In this document: positions 25,285 through 35,278 of the stretch, one piece after another | Position numbering within the stretch: position 1 is the first letter of the stretch | Layout: each line of letters starts with the position of its first letter | Source of the DNA: an uncultured Candidatus Rokubacteria bacterium | Lineage (GTDB): Bacteria > Methylomirabilota > Methylomirabilia > Rokubacteriales > DASRDR01 | Reading direction: 5' to 3' | NCBI GenBank assembly: GCA_963826115.1 | Contig: CAWGVS010000006.1 | Location: 256,001-320,000, forward strand | Length of the DNA stretch: 64,000 nt | Notes under the pieces: model-generated | The model's input: the letters and a program-made list of their open reading frames with translations, nothing else | Told to the model about the DNA's origin: nothing | Database searches by the model: none | Made by a program: the position numbers and the translations under genes

Positions 25285-27716
25285 GCGGGCGCCGCGAGCG
25301 GCCCTGGTCCGTCATCGGGCAGCGGCTCCCGAAGGTCGACGCCTGGGCGAAGGTCACCGGCGAGACGCGCTTCGCCGACGACCTGGTCCTCCCGCGCATG
25401 GCGTACGCGAAGCTCCTCCGGGCCCAGCACCCGCACGCCCTGATCAAGCGGATCGACACCACGCGCGCGGTGGCGCTCCCGGGCGTGTACGCGGTCATCA
25501 CCGGGCGCGACTTTCCGCCGGTCCGGTTCGGGATCATGCCGGTGAGCCAGGACGAGGAGCCGCTCTGCGTCGAGAAGGTGCGGTTCGTGGGCGACCCCGT
25601 GGCGGCGGTGGCCGCCGTCGACGAGGAGACCGCCGAGGCGGCCGCGCGGATGATCGCCGTCGAGTACGAGCCGCTCGACTCGCTGATGTCCATCGACGCG
25701 GCGCTCCGCGAGGGCACGCACCGGATCCACGAGTACGGCGACGGGCACAACATCCACAAGCTGGTGTCGCTCGAGTTCGGGGACGTCGAGGAGGGGTTCC
25801 GCGAGGCGGACCTCGTGCGCGAGGACGTCTTCTTCTTCGAGGGCAACACGCACCTGCCGATGGAGCAGCACGCCGCCGTCGCCCAGTGGACCCCGGACGG
25901 GAAGCTCACGCTCTGGTCGTCGACCCAGACCCCGCACTACGTCCACCGGGCGCTCGGCAAGGTGCTCGCGCTGCCGATGAGCCACGTCCGGGTGATCGCC
26001 ACGCCGAACGGCGGGGGCTTCGGCGGGAAGTCCGATCCCTTCAGCCACGAGATGGCCGTGGCGCGGCTGGCGCAGCTCACCGGCCGCCCGGTGAAGACGA
26101 CCCTCACGCGCGAGGAGGTGTTCTACACGCACCGTGGCCGCCACCCCGTCCTCATGTGGGTGCGCTCGGGCGTGCGGAAGGACGGCGAGATCCTGGCGCT
26201 CCACTTCCGGACCTGGCTCGACGGCGGCGCGTACGGCTCGTACGGGGTCGCGTCCACCTTCTACACGGGCGCGCTCCAGACGGTGACGTACCGGATCGCC
26301 CGGTACAAGTTCGAGGGCTGCCGGGTCTTCACGAACAAGCCGCCCTGCGGCCCCAAGCGCGGCCACGGGACGCCCCAGCCTCGGTTCGCCCTCGAGGTCC
26401 ACCTCGACCGGATCGCGGAGGAGCTGGGCCTCGATCCCGCCGACATGCGCCGCCGCACCGTCGTGCCCGAGCATCAGAAGACGGTCAACCACCTGACCGT
26501 GACGACGTGCGGTCTCCCCGAGTGTCTCGACCGGGTCGTGGAGGCGTCGGGGTGGCGGGAGAAGTTCGGAAAGCTGCCGCCGGGCCGCGGCATCGGTATC
26601 GCCGCGTCGTCGTACCTCACCGGCGCGGGCCTGCCCATCTACTGGAACGACATGCCCCATTCCGGCGCGATGGTGAAGGTCGACCGCGGCGGCGGCGTGA
26701 CGGTGTTCTGCGGCTCCATCGATATCGGGCAGGGCTCGGACTCCGTGCTCGCCTACGTCGTCGCCGAGGTGCTGGGAATCCGGCCGGAGGACGTGCGCGT
26801 GGTCACCGCCGACACGGATCTCACGCCGGTGGACCTCGGCTCGTACTCTTCGCGGGTGACGCTCATGACCGGCAACGCGGCCCGCGAGGCGGCCGAGAAG
26901 GTCCGGCTGGCGATCCTCGCCGCGGCCGCGCGGAAGCTCGGGGTGGCGCCCGACGAGCTCGAGGCCCGGGACCGGCGGGTCTTCCGGCGGGACGACCCGG
27001 CGCGCGGGCTCGCCTTCGACGAGGCGGTGCGGCTGGCGGAGGCGGCCGGCGGGACGCTGGTCGCCGCGGGTTCCTACACGCCGCCCCGGCGGGCCGCCAA
27101 GTTCAAGGGCTCGGGGGTCGGCCCGACGCCCGCGTACTCCTACTCGGCCTGCGTGGTCGAGCTCGAGGTCGACCCGGAGACCGGCGACATCCGCGTCGAT
27201 CACGTGTGGATCGCCCACGACGGGGGGACGGCGATCAACCCGCTCCTGGTCGAGGGCCAGGTCGAGGGCTCGATCTACATGGGGCTCGGCGAGGCCCTGA
27301 TGGAGGAGTCGGCCTTCCGGCCCCACGGCCTCCACAAGATCCCGTCGCTCCTCGAGTACAAGAGCCCGACGACGCTCGAGACGCCGGAGATCACGACGCT
27401 CCTGGTCGAGACCCACGACGCCGAGGGGCCGTTCGGCGCGAAGGAGGCGGGGCAGGGCCCGCTCCTCCCGGTGATCCCGGCGGTCGCCAACGCCGTCTAC
27501 AACGCGGTCGGCGTCCGGATCGACGAGGTGCCGATCACTCCCGAGAAGATCTTGAAGGCGCTCGATCTCAAGGCCCAGGGGAAGACGCCGCGCGTTGGCC
27601 CCGAGCGCCTGCCGCACGTGACGTTCCCGGAGCCGACCCGCGTGCCGCCGCCCTGGATCGACCCGGAGGGCCGCCCGATCGACGCGGCGGCCGGGGCGGT
27701 GGGGTCCCGCACATGA
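25281..27716 (+). CDS. hcrA: Molybdopterin subunit, 4-hydroxybenzoyl-CoA reductase alpha-like
   Basis: GGGFGGK, PPCGPKRGHG, DIGQGS, DLGSYSSRVT, GPFGAKEAG. Confidence 0.75.
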   Translation: MSGRRERPWSVIGQRLPKVDAWAKVTGETRFADDLVLPRMAYAKLLRAQHPHALIKRIDTTRAVALPGVYAVITGRDFPPVRFGIMPVSQDEEPLCVEKVRFVGDPVAAVAAVDEETAEAAARMIAVEYEPLDSLMSIDAALREGTHRIHEYGDGHNIHKLVSLEFGDVEEGFREADLVREDVFFFEGNTHLPMEQHAAVAQWTPDGKLTLWSSTQTPHYVHRALGKVLALPMSHVRVIATPNGGGFGGKSDPFSHEMAVARLAQLTGRPVKTTLTREEVFYTHRGRHPVLMWVRSGVRKDGEILALHFRTWLDGGAYGSYGVASTFYTGALQTVTYRIARYKFEGCRVFTNKPPCGPKRGHGTPQPRFALEVHLDRIAEELGLDPADMRRRTVVPEHQKTVNHLTVTTCGLPECLDRVVEASGWREKFGKLPPGRGIGIAASSYLTGAGLPIYWNDMPHSGAMVKVDRGGGVTVFCGSIDIGQGSDSVLAYVVAEVLGIRPEDVRVVTADTDLTPVDLGSYSSRVTLMTGNAAREAAEKVRLAILAAAARKLGVAPDELEARDRRVFRRDDPARGLAFDEAVRLAEAAGGTLVAAGSYTPPRRAAKFKGSGVGPTPAYSYSACVVELEVDPETGDIRVDHVWIAHDGGTAINPLLVEGQVEGSIYMGLGEALMEESAFRPHGLHKIPSLLEYKSPTTLETPEITTLLVETHDAEGPFGAKEAGQGPLLPVIPAVANAVYNAVGVRIDEVPITPEKILKALDLKAQGKTPRVGPERLPHVTFPEPTRVPPPWIDPEGRPIDAAAGAVGSRT

Positions 27717-28750
27717 TGCGGTTGCCGCCGTTCCGGTACTTCGCCCCGGCGAGCGTGGCCGAGGCGGTGGGTCTTCTGGCCGAGCACGGGGGCGCGGCCA
27801 CGGTCGTCGCCGGCGGCACCGACCTCTACCCCAACATGAAGCGCCTCCAGATGGAGCCGCGCGTGCTGGTCGGCCTCCGCGGGATCCGCGAGCTGGGCGG
27901 GATCCACGGGAGCGCCCGCAGCGGTCTGGTCGTGGGGGCGGGCGCCACGCTCACCCGGGTCTCGGAGCATCCCGAGATCGCCGCCCACTATCCGGCGCTC
28001 GCGCGCGCGGCCGGCGTGGTCTCGACGCCGCAGCTCCGCAACATGGGGACGCTCGGCGGCAACGTCTGCGTGGACACCCGCTGCAACTACTACAACCAGT
28101 CGTACGAGTGGCGCCGCGCGATCGGCTTCTGCATGAAGAAGGACGGCGACATCTGCCTGGTCGCCCCCGGGAGTCGGCGTTGCTGGGCCGTGTCCTCGTC
28201 GGACACCGCGCCGGTCCTGTGGGCGCTCGGCGCCGAGGTCACCCTGGTCGGCCCGGCGGGGGAGCGGCGGATCCCGGTCTCGGGCCTGTTCCGGGACGAC
28301 GGCATCGAGTACCTCGGCAAGGCGCCCGGGGAGATCCTCACCGCGCTCCACCTGCCGCCGGTCGACGGGTGGCGCGCCACGTACTGGAAGCTCCGGCGGC
28401 GGGGCGCGTTCGACTTTCCGGTGCTGGGCGTGGCGGCGGCGGTGCGGCTCGAGGATGGGGTGTGCCGCGACGCGCGGATCGTGCTGGGCGCCGTGGCCTC
28501 GATGCCGCGCGAAGCGCCCGAGGCGGCGCGCACGCTGGTCGGTCAGCCGTTCGGCGCCGAGGCGATCGCGCGCGCCGCGGAGGCCGCGGCCCGACCGGCC
28601 AAGCCGCTCGACAACACGGATCTCGTCTATCACTATCGAAAGCGGATGACGCGGGTCTACGTCGCCCGCGCGCTCCGGGAGCTGGCCGGATTGCCGATAG
28701 TTGGGCTCTGGCCGTCCGGCATGGCGGCGCGGGCCGTCGAGGAGAACTGA
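27713..28750 (+). CDS. hcrB: FAD subunit with [4Fe-4S] insert, 4-hydroxybenzoyl-CoA reductase beta-like
   Basis: AGGTDL, RNMGTLGGN followed by Cys insert RCNYYNQSYEWR...CMKKDGDIC...CWA. Confidence 0.75.
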   Translation: MMRLPPFRYFAPASVAEAVGLLAEHGGAATVVAGGTDLYPNMKRLQMEPRVLVGLRGIRELGGIHGSARSGLVVGAGATLTRVSEHPEIAAHYPALARAAGVVSTPQLRNMGTLGGNVCVDTRCNYYNQSYEWRRAIGFCMKKDGDICLVAPGSRRCWAVSSSDTAPVLWALGAEVTLVGPAGERRIPVSGLFRDDGIEYLGKAPGEILTALHLPPVDGWRATYWKLRRRGAFDFPVLGVAAAVRLEDGVCRDARIVLGAVASMPREAPEAARTLVGQPFGAEAIARAAEAAARPAKPLDNTDLVYHYRKRMTRVYVARALRELAGLPIVGLWPSGMAARAVEEN

Positions 28751-28757
28751 GGCGCGC

Positions 28758-29222
28758 ATGGGGTCGATGTCGGTCGTCGGGACGTGGCGGCTCGTGTCGT
28801 CGGAGGGGCGGAGCTCGAGCGGCGACGTATCCCGGCCCTACGGCGACGCGCCGACGGGACTCCTGATCTACGGCGCCGACGGTCACATGTCGGCCACGCT
28901 GATGCGGCCCGACCGCCCGCCCTTCACGAGCGGCGACCGGCTCCGCGGCACGACCGAGGAGGTGCGCGTGGCCAGCGAGGGGTTCCTCGCCTACTGCGGC
29001 ACCTACCACCTGGACGAAGCGGGCGGGGTCATCGTGCACCACGTGACCACGGCGGACTTTCCCAACATCGTCGGCACCGACCTCGTCCGGCGCTTCGCGA
29101 TGGAGAACGGGCATCTCGTGCTCGAGACCCAGCCCGTCCTGCGGGCCGGCAAGACGTGGGTGTTCCGGCTCACCTGGGCGCCGGCGCCGCCGGTCCGGGC
29201 CGCCGCTCGGGGGACCGCATGA
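28758..29222 (+). CDS. Lipocalin-like domain protein
   Basis: VGTWRLVS, PYGDAPTGLLIY..DGHMS, AYCGTY. Confidence 0.8.
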   Translation: MGSMSVVGTWRLVSSEGRSSSGDVSRPYGDAPTGLLIYGADGHMSATLMRPDRPPFTSGDRLRGTTEEVRVASEGFLAYCGTYHLDEAGGVIVHHVTTADFPNIVGTDLVRRFAMENGHLVLETQPVLRAGKTWVFRLTWAPAPPVRAAARGTA

Positions 29223-30901
29223 CGGAGCGCGCCCCGGGCGACGCCGCGCTTCCCGTCGACTTCCGGACGGAGCCGTCCCGCTATCGGCACTGGAAGCTCA
29301 CGGTGGACGGCCGCGTGGCCACGCTCGCGATGGACGTCCGCGAGGACGGGGGCCTCCGGCCCGGCTACGAGCTCAAGCTCAACTCGTACGACCTCGGCGT
29401 CGACATCGAACTCGCCGACGCGATCCAGCGCCTCCGGTTCGAGCACCCCGAGGTGCGCGCGGTGGTGCTCACCTCGCTCAAGGAGCGGGTGTTCTGCGCC
29501 GGTGCCAACATTCGCATGCTGAGCCAGTCCGGCCACGGCTGGAAGGTGAACTTCTGCAAGTTCACGAACGAGACGCGGAACGCGATGGAGGAGGCGAGCG
29601 CGGTGTCCGGCCAGCGCTATCTCGCCGTCGTGAACGGACCCTGCGCGGGCGGCGGCTACGAGCTCGCCCTGGCGACCGACTGGATCCTGATGGCGGACGA
29701 CGGCAACACGGCGGTGTCTCTCCCCGAGGTGCCGCTCCTCGCGGTGCTCCCGGGGACCGGCGGTCTGACGCGCCTGGTCGACAAGCGCCACGTCCGGCGG
29801 GACCGGGCGGACGTCTTCTGCACGCTGGAGGAGGGCGTCAAGGGGCAGCGCGCGGTCGAGTGGGGCCTGGTCGACGAGGTCGTCCCGCGCTCCCAGCTCG
29901 CGGAGGCCGCGCGGTCGCGGGCCGCCCAGCTCGCGGAGCGGAGTGACCGGCCGGCGGCCGCCGAGGGCCTCGCGCTGCCCCCGCTCGCCCGCACCGTCGA
30001 CGGCGACCGGATCGCCTACGGCCACGTCGCGTGCGCGATCGACCGGGAGCGGGGAGTGGCCGAGATCCGCGTCACGGGGCCGACCGCGCCGCCGCCCGCC
30101 GATCTGGCCGGCCTCCGCGCCCAGGGCGCCGCGTTCTGGTCGCTCGCGGTCGCGCGCGAGCTGGACGACCTGGTCCTGTACCTCCGGACCAACGAGCAGG
30201 AGGCGGGCGTCTGGGTGTTCCGCACGGAGGGGACGGCGGACCTCGTGACCGCCCACGACCAGCTCCTCGCCGCCCACCAGGCGGACTGGCTCGTCCGCGA
30301 GATCCGGCTCTTCTGGAAGCGCGTGCTCAAGCGCCTCGACGTATCCTCCCGGTCCGTGTTCGCGCTGGTCGAGTCCGGCTCGTGCTTCGCGGGGAGCCTC
30401 CTCGAGCTCGTGCTCGCCGCCGACCGCTCCTACATGCTCGACGGCACGCGCGAGGGCGACGCCGACGCGCCGCCCTCGATCCGGCTGGGGGAGCCGAGCT
30501 TCGGCGCCTGCCCGATGGTGAACGGGCTCACGCGCCTCGAGAGCCGCTTCCTCGGCGAGCCGCACCGCGTCGACGAGCTGAAGCGGCGGATCGGCGAGGA
30601 TCTCGACGCGCGCGCCGCGGCGACGGCGGGCCTGGTGACGTTCACCCCCGACGACATCGACTGGGACGACGAGGTGCGGATTGCCATCGAGGAGCGGGCC
30701 GCGTTCTCGCCGGACGCCCTCACGGGCATGGAGGCCTCGCTCCGCTTCGGCGGGCCGGAGACGGTCGAGAGCAAGATCTTCGCGCGGCTCTCGGCGTGGC
30801 AGAACTGGATCTTCCAGCGCGAGAACGCGGTCGGCGAGCGGGGTGCGCTCCGCGTCTACGGAACGGGCCAGCGTCCGGAGTTCGATCGGAGGAGAGTCTG
30901 A
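29219..30901 (+). CDS. boxC: 2,3-epoxybenzoyl-CoA dihydrolase BoxC
   Basis: LKLNSYDLGVDIELADA, KVNFCKFTNETRN, SAWQNWIFQR. Confidence 0.93.
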   Translation: MTERAPGDAALPVDFRTEPSRYRHWKLTVDGRVATLAMDVREDGGLRPGYELKLNSYDLGVDIELADAIQRLRFEHPEVRAVVLTSLKERVFCAGANIRMLSQSGHGWKVNFCKFTNETRNAMEEASAVSGQRYLAVVNGPCAGGGYELALATDWILMADDGNTAVSLPEVPLLAVLPGTGGLTRLVDKRHVRRDRADVFCTLEEGVKGQRAVEWGLVDEVVPRSQLAEAARSRAAQLAERSDRPAAAEGLALPPLARTVDGDRIAYGHVACAIDRERGVAEIRVTGPTAPPPADLAGLRAQGAAFWSLAVARELDDLVLYLRTNEQEAGVWVFRTEGTADLVTAHDQLLAAHQADWLVREIRLFWKRVLKRLDVSSRSVFALVESGSCFAGSLLELVLAADRSYMLDGTREGDADAPPSIRLGEPSFGACPMVNGLTRLESRFLGEPHRVDELKRRIGEDLDARAAATAGLVTFTPDDIDWDDEVRIAIEERAAFSPDALTGMEASLRFGGPETVESKIFARLSAWQNWIFQRENAVGERGALRVYGTGQRPEFDRRRV

Positions 30902-32313
30902 TGGCGATCGACTACCAGGAGCGCATTCCGAACAACGTCGGCCTGCGCGAGAACCGCCGCCTCCTCCGGGCCCTGGAGGAGTGGCAGCCGCGCTTCCTCC
31001 AGTGGTGGCAGGACATGGGGCCGGAGGGGTTCCAGGCCCGCGACGTCTACCTCCGCACGGCCGTCAGCGTGGACGCCCAGGGGTGGGCGCACTTCGACTA
31101 CGTCCGGATGCCCGAGTACCGCTGGGGCATCTTCCTCGCCGAGCCGGACCCCGGCCGCACGATCGGCTTCGGCGCCCACCGCGGCCATCCGGCCTGGCAG
31201 GACGTGCCGGGTGAGCACCGCGGCACGCTCCGGCGCCTGATCGTGACCCAGGGCGACACCGAGCCCGCCTCGGTCGAGCAGCAGCGCCAGCTGGGACGGA
31301 CGTGCCCGTCGCTCTACGACCTCCGCAACCTCTTCCAGGTGAACGTCGAGGAGGGCCGGCATCTCTGGGCGATGGTGTACCTCCTGCACGCCCACTTCGG
31401 GCGCGACGGCCGCGAGGAGGCCGAGGCGCTCCTGCAGCGCCATTCCGGGGACCGGGACCGACCGCGCATCCTCGGAGCGTTCAACGAGCGAACGCCGGAT
31501 TGGCTCTCGTTCTTCATGTTCACCTACTTTACCGACCGCGACGGCAAGTACCAGCTGGCGAGTCTGGCCGAGAGCGGCTTCGACCCTTTGTCGCGCACCT
31601 GTCGCTTCATGCTGACCGAGGAAGCGCACCACATGTTCGTGGGCGAGGCGGGGCTGGGCCGGGTCGTCCAGCGCACCTGCGAGGTGATGCGGGAGCACCG
31701 GACCGACGACGTCCGGAAGCACGGGGTCATCGACCTCGCGACGATCCAGCGCTACCTGAACTTCCATTTCTCCGTCTCGATCGATCTCTTCGGCGGCGAG
31801 ATCTCGACCAATGCCGCCAACTTCTACACGGCGGGGCTGAAGGGGCGGTTCGAGGAGGGCAAGAAGGCCGACGACCACGTGCTTGCGGGCGCGACGTACC
31901 CGGTGAGCCAGCTCGACGGCGATCGCATCGTTACGCGGGACGAGGCCGCCCTGCCGGCGCTCAACGAGCGGCTCCGGGACGACTACATCGCGGACTGCCA
32001 GCGCGGCGTGGACCGCTGGAACCAGATCATCCGGAAGCACGGGATCGATTTCGAGCTTCGGCTACCCCACCGCGGCTTCCACCGGGCGATCGGGCTGTTC
32101 TCGGAAGCGCGCGTATCGCCCGACGGTCGGGTGATGAGCCAGGCCGAGTGGGACACGCGGCATGGCGAGTGGCTGCCGACGGAGAGCGACAAGGCCTTCG
32201 TGCAGAGCCTCATGCTTCCGGTCGTGGAACGAGGGAAGTTCGCCAGCTGGATCGCGCCGCCCGCCCGCGGGATCAACGCGCAGCCCGTCGACTTCGAGTA
32301 CGTCCGGAGCTGA
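30901..32313 (+). CDS. boxB: Benzoyl-CoA 2,3-epoxidase subunit BoxB
   Basis: IPNNV, QGDTEPASVEQ, VNVEEGRHLWAM, LTEEAHHMF (di-iron ExxH motifs). Confidence 0.95.
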   Translation: MAIDYQERIPNNVGLRENRRLLRALEEWQPRFLQWWQDMGPEGFQARDVYLRTAVSVDAQGWAHFDYVRMPEYRWGIFLAEPDPGRTIGFGAHRGHPAWQDVPGEHRGTLRRLIVTQGDTEPASVEQQRQLGRTCPSLYDLRNLFQVNVEEGRHLWAMVYLLHAHFGRDGREEAEALLQRHSGDRDRPRILGAFNERTPDWLSFFMFTYFTDRDGKYQLASLAESGFDPLSRTCRFMLTEEAHHMFVGEAGLGRVVQRTCEVMREHRTDDVRKHGVIDLATIQRYLNFHFSVSIDLFGGEISTNAANFYTAGLKGRFEEGKKADDHVLAGATYPVSQLDGDRIVTRDEAALPALNERLRDDYIADCQRGVDRWNQIIRKHGIDFELRLPHRGFHRAIGLFSEARVSPDGRVMSQAEWDTRHGEWLPTESDKAFVQSLMLPVVERGKFASWIAPPARGINAQPVDFEYVRS

Positions 32314-32316
32314 CCG

Positions 32317-32871
32317 GTGTCCCTCGGCGCGCGGATCCGGGGGCTCCGAACGGACCGGGGCATCCGCCAGAAGGCGCTCGCAGAGCAAGCCGGGCTGACG
32401 CCGAGCCTCGTCTCCCAGATCGAGTCCGACAAGCTCTCGCCCTCGCTCCACACGCTCGGCCGGCTGGCGGGCGCGCTCGGCGTCCCGATCGGCGCCTTCT
32501 TCGAGCAGGCCCCCAACGGGCAGCTCCACCTGGGCCACCGCAAGGACTACGCGGTCGTCAGCTTCGACGGCTCGACGGAGCGGTGGGAGGTGCTGGCGGC
32601 CGGCCTGTTCCGGGGCAAGGTGCGCGCGGTGGTCTCGACGCTCGGGCGCCGGGGCGCGAGCGTCCCCCCCGAGCGCGTCCTCATCGAGCCGGGGCAGATG
32701 AAGCTCATGTACGTCCTCGACGGCAAGATCGCGCTCCAGTACAACGGGGTGCGCCATCTCCTCGAGGCGGGCGACTCCGCCTATCTCGACGGCGGCGTGC
32801 CGCACACCTGGGAGAACGTCGGGTCGGGCACCGCGCGGACGCTCTGGGTGATCACGGGCAAGGACGCGTGA
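32317..32871 (+). CDS. XRE-family HTH regulator with C-terminal cupin
   Basis: LAEQAGLTPSLVSQIE..SPSLHTL; LEAGDSAYLD..PHTW. Confidence 0.88.
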   Translation: MSLGARIRGLRTDRGIRQKALAEQAGLTPSLVSQIESDKLSPSLHTLGRLAGALGVPIGAFFEQAPNGQLHLGHRKDYAVVSFDGSTERWEVLAAGLFRGKVRAVVSTLGRRGASVPPERVLIEPGQMKLMYVLDGKIALQYNGVRHLLEAGDSAYLDGGVPHTWENVGSGTARTLWVITGKDA

Positions 32872-34217
32872 GCCGAGAGGCCGGCGTCCGGACTGAGGCC
32901 GACGTCCCGTTCCTCGACCGCGAGCGGGAGACCGCGCCGCCCGAGACCCTGCGCCGGTGGCAGTGGGAGCGGCTTGCCGCGGGGCTCGGCGAGATATGGG
33001 GCACGAACGCGTTCTGGCGGGAGCGCCTCCGGGCGGCCGGCGTGCGGGACCCGGGCGACGTCGCCTCGTGGGAGGACTTCGCGCGGCTGCCACGGCTCGC
33101 CAAGGGGGAGCTGGCCACCGACCAGGCGGCGCGGCCCCCGTTCGGCACGAACCTGACGCATCCCTTGGACCGCTACGTCCGGGTGTTCCAGACCTCGGGC
33201 ACCACGGGCCCGCCGATCCGTTGGCTCGAGACGGAAGCATCGTGGGCGTGGTGGGCGCGGTGCTGGGCCTTCGTGTTTCGGAGCGCCGGTCTCGGGCCCG
33301 GCGACCGCCTGGCGTTCCCGTTTTCGTTCGGGCTCTTCGTCGGCTTCTGGGCGGGGCTGGAGGGCGCGCGCGTCATCGGCGCGATGGCGATTCCCGGCGG
33401 GGGGCAGGACTCGCCGACGCGGCTCCACGCCCTGCGACAGCTCGGCGCGACCGCGCTCGTCTGCACCCCGTCGTACGGGCTCCACCTCGCGGAGGTCGCG
33501 CAGGCGCAGGGGGTCGACCCGGCGGGGCTCGGAGTCCGCGTGACGGTTCACGCCGGCGAGCCGGGGGCGGGCATCCCCGCCGTGCGCGAGCGTCTCGAGC
33601 GACTCTGGGGTGCGCGCGCGTACGACCACGCGGGCATGACGGAGGTGGGGGCGTACGGCTTCGAGTGCCTCGTCCAGGCCGGCCTTCACGTCAACGAGCT
33701 CGAGTTCGTCGCCGAGGTGCTGGACCCCGAGAGCGGGCGGCCGGTGGCGCCCGGCGAGGTGGGCGAACTGACGCTGACCAACCTGGGCCGCTGGGGCGCC
33801 CCGGTCCTCCGTTACCGCTCGGGCGACCGGGTGCGGCTCGCTCGGCACGCGTGCGCGTGCGGCCGCACGTTCGCGCGGCTCGAGGGCGGCATCCTCGGTC
33901 GGGTCGACGACATGCTGGTCGTGCGCGGCGTCAACGTCTTCCCCTCCGCGCTCGAGGGCATCGTGCGCCGGTTCGCCGGCGTGGACGAGTTCCAGATCGA
34001 GGTCTTCCGCCGCGGCGCGCTGGACGAGGTGCGGCTCCTGCTCGAGATCGACGGGAGCGCGGGACCCGACGGCCGCGTGCGCGAGACGGTCGACGGGATC
34101 CTCGAGGCGGTGCGGCGCGACCTCGGCATCCGGATCGAGGTCGCGACCGTGCCGGCCCGATCGTTGCCGCGCTTCGAGCTGAAGGCCCGCCGCGTCGTGC
34201 GGCGGGCGGAGCCCTGA
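32868..34217 (+). CDS. Phenylacetate-CoA ligase (PaaK) family protein
   Basis: TSGTTG, CTPSY, AGEPG, GMTE, RYRSGD, GRVDDML..RGVNVFPS. Confidence 0.88.
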   Translation: MSREAGVRTEADVPFLDRERETAPPETLRRWQWERLAAGLGEIWGTNAFWRERLRAAGVRDPGDVASWEDFARLPRLAKGELATDQAARPPFGTNLTHPLDRYVRVFQTSGTTGPPIRWLETEASWAWWARCWAFVFRSAGLGPGDRLAFPFSFGLFVGFWAGLEGARVIGAMAIPGGGQDSPTRLHALRQLGATALVCTPSYGLHLAEVAQAQGVDPAGLGVRVTVHAGEPGAGIPAVRERLERLWGARAYDHAGMTEVGAYGFECLVQAGLHVNELEFVAEVLDPESGRPVAPGEVGELTLTNLGRWGAPVLRYRSGDRVRLARHACACGRTFARLEGGILGRVDDMLVVRGVNVFPSALEGIVRRFAGVDEFQIEVFRRGALDEVRLLLEIDGSAGPDGRVRETVDGILEAVRRDLGIRIEVATVPARSLPRFELKARRVVRRAEP

Positions 34218-34276
34218 CCCCGCCGGTCCGAGGGACCGGCGACGCCCTCTGCCGCCAGACCTCAAGGAGACGCCCC

Positions 34277-35278
34277 ATGCCCGCGCCGCTCAAGGTCCTC
34301 GTCGTGCCCGCGCTCCTCGCGAACCGCCCGTCCCCGTACCTCGCGGACCTCGAGGCCGCGGGCCTCGAGGTGCTGCGCTCGCCGCTGGGGCGGCCCTACG
34401 GTGAAGACGAGCTGCTCGAGGGCCTGCGCGGCGTCTTCGCGACGGTCGCCGGGATCGAGCCCTACACCGATCGGGTGCTGCGCGAGGCCCAGGACCTCGA
34501 GGTGATCGCGCGCTTCGGGGTGGGCTACGACCAGATCGACGTGCCCGCCGCGACTCGCCACGGCGTCTACGTCGCCATGGCCTTCGGCGGGAACCACGAA
34601 ACGGTCGCGGACCTCGCCCTCGCCCTGATGGGCGCCGTCGCGCGGAACATCGTCGTCTACCACCAGCGCGTGGCGAGCGGTGGCTGGGGGTGGGAGTTCC
34701 GGCAGGGACTCTGGCGGGCCACGGTCGGCATCGTGGGACTCGGGCGGATCGGACGGGCCGTGGCCCGGCGCTGTCGCGGCTACGAGATGCGCATCCTGGC
34801 CCACGACGTCGCGCCGGACACGGCGTACGCGCGGAGCCACGGCATCGAGCTGACGTCCCTCGAGCAGCTGCTCGAGCAGTCCGACTTCGTGACCCTGCAC
34901 GCGCCGCACAGTCCCGAGACCGACAAGCTGATGAACGCCGCGCGGCTCCGGCTCATGAAGCCGAGCGCCGTCCTCATCAACACCGCGCGCGGCGGGCTCG
35001 TGGACGAGGAGGCCCTCTACGAGGCGCTCGTGTCCCGACGTCTCGCCGCCGCCGGGCTCGACGTCTTCCGCCGCGAGCCGCCCGCGGGCTCGCCGCTCCT
35101 CTCGCTCGACAACGTGGTGCTGACCCCGCACGCGGCCGGATCGGACCTGGCGTCCGAGGCGCTGACCGGGCAGTGCTGCGTGGAATCGATCCTCGCCGTG
35201 GCACGCGGCGGCGCGCCGCGCCCCGAGCTCCTGCTGAACCCGGCGGCGACGTCCGTGCCGCGGGGGCGGCGCCGATAG
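34277..35278 (+). CDS. D-2-hydroxyacid dehydrogenase (phosphoglycerate dehydrogenase-like)
   Basis: GVGYD, GLGRIG, INTARG, LDVF, TPH. Confidence 0.9.
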   Translation: MPAPLKVLVVPALLANRPSPYLADLEAAGLEVLRSPLGRPYGEDELLEGLRGVFATVAGIEPYTDRVLREAQDLEVIARFGVGYDQIDVPAATRHGVYVAMAFGGNHETVADLALALMGAVARNIVVYHQRVASGGWGWEFRQGLWRATVGIVGLGRIGRAVARRCRGYEMRILAHDVAPDTAYARSHGIELTSLEQLLEQSDFVTLHAPHSPETDKLMNAARLRLMKPSAVLINTARGGLVDEEALYEALVSRRLAAAGLDVFRREPPAGSPLLSLDNVVLTPHAAGSDLASEALTGQCCVESILAVARGGAPRPELLLNPAATSVPRGRRR

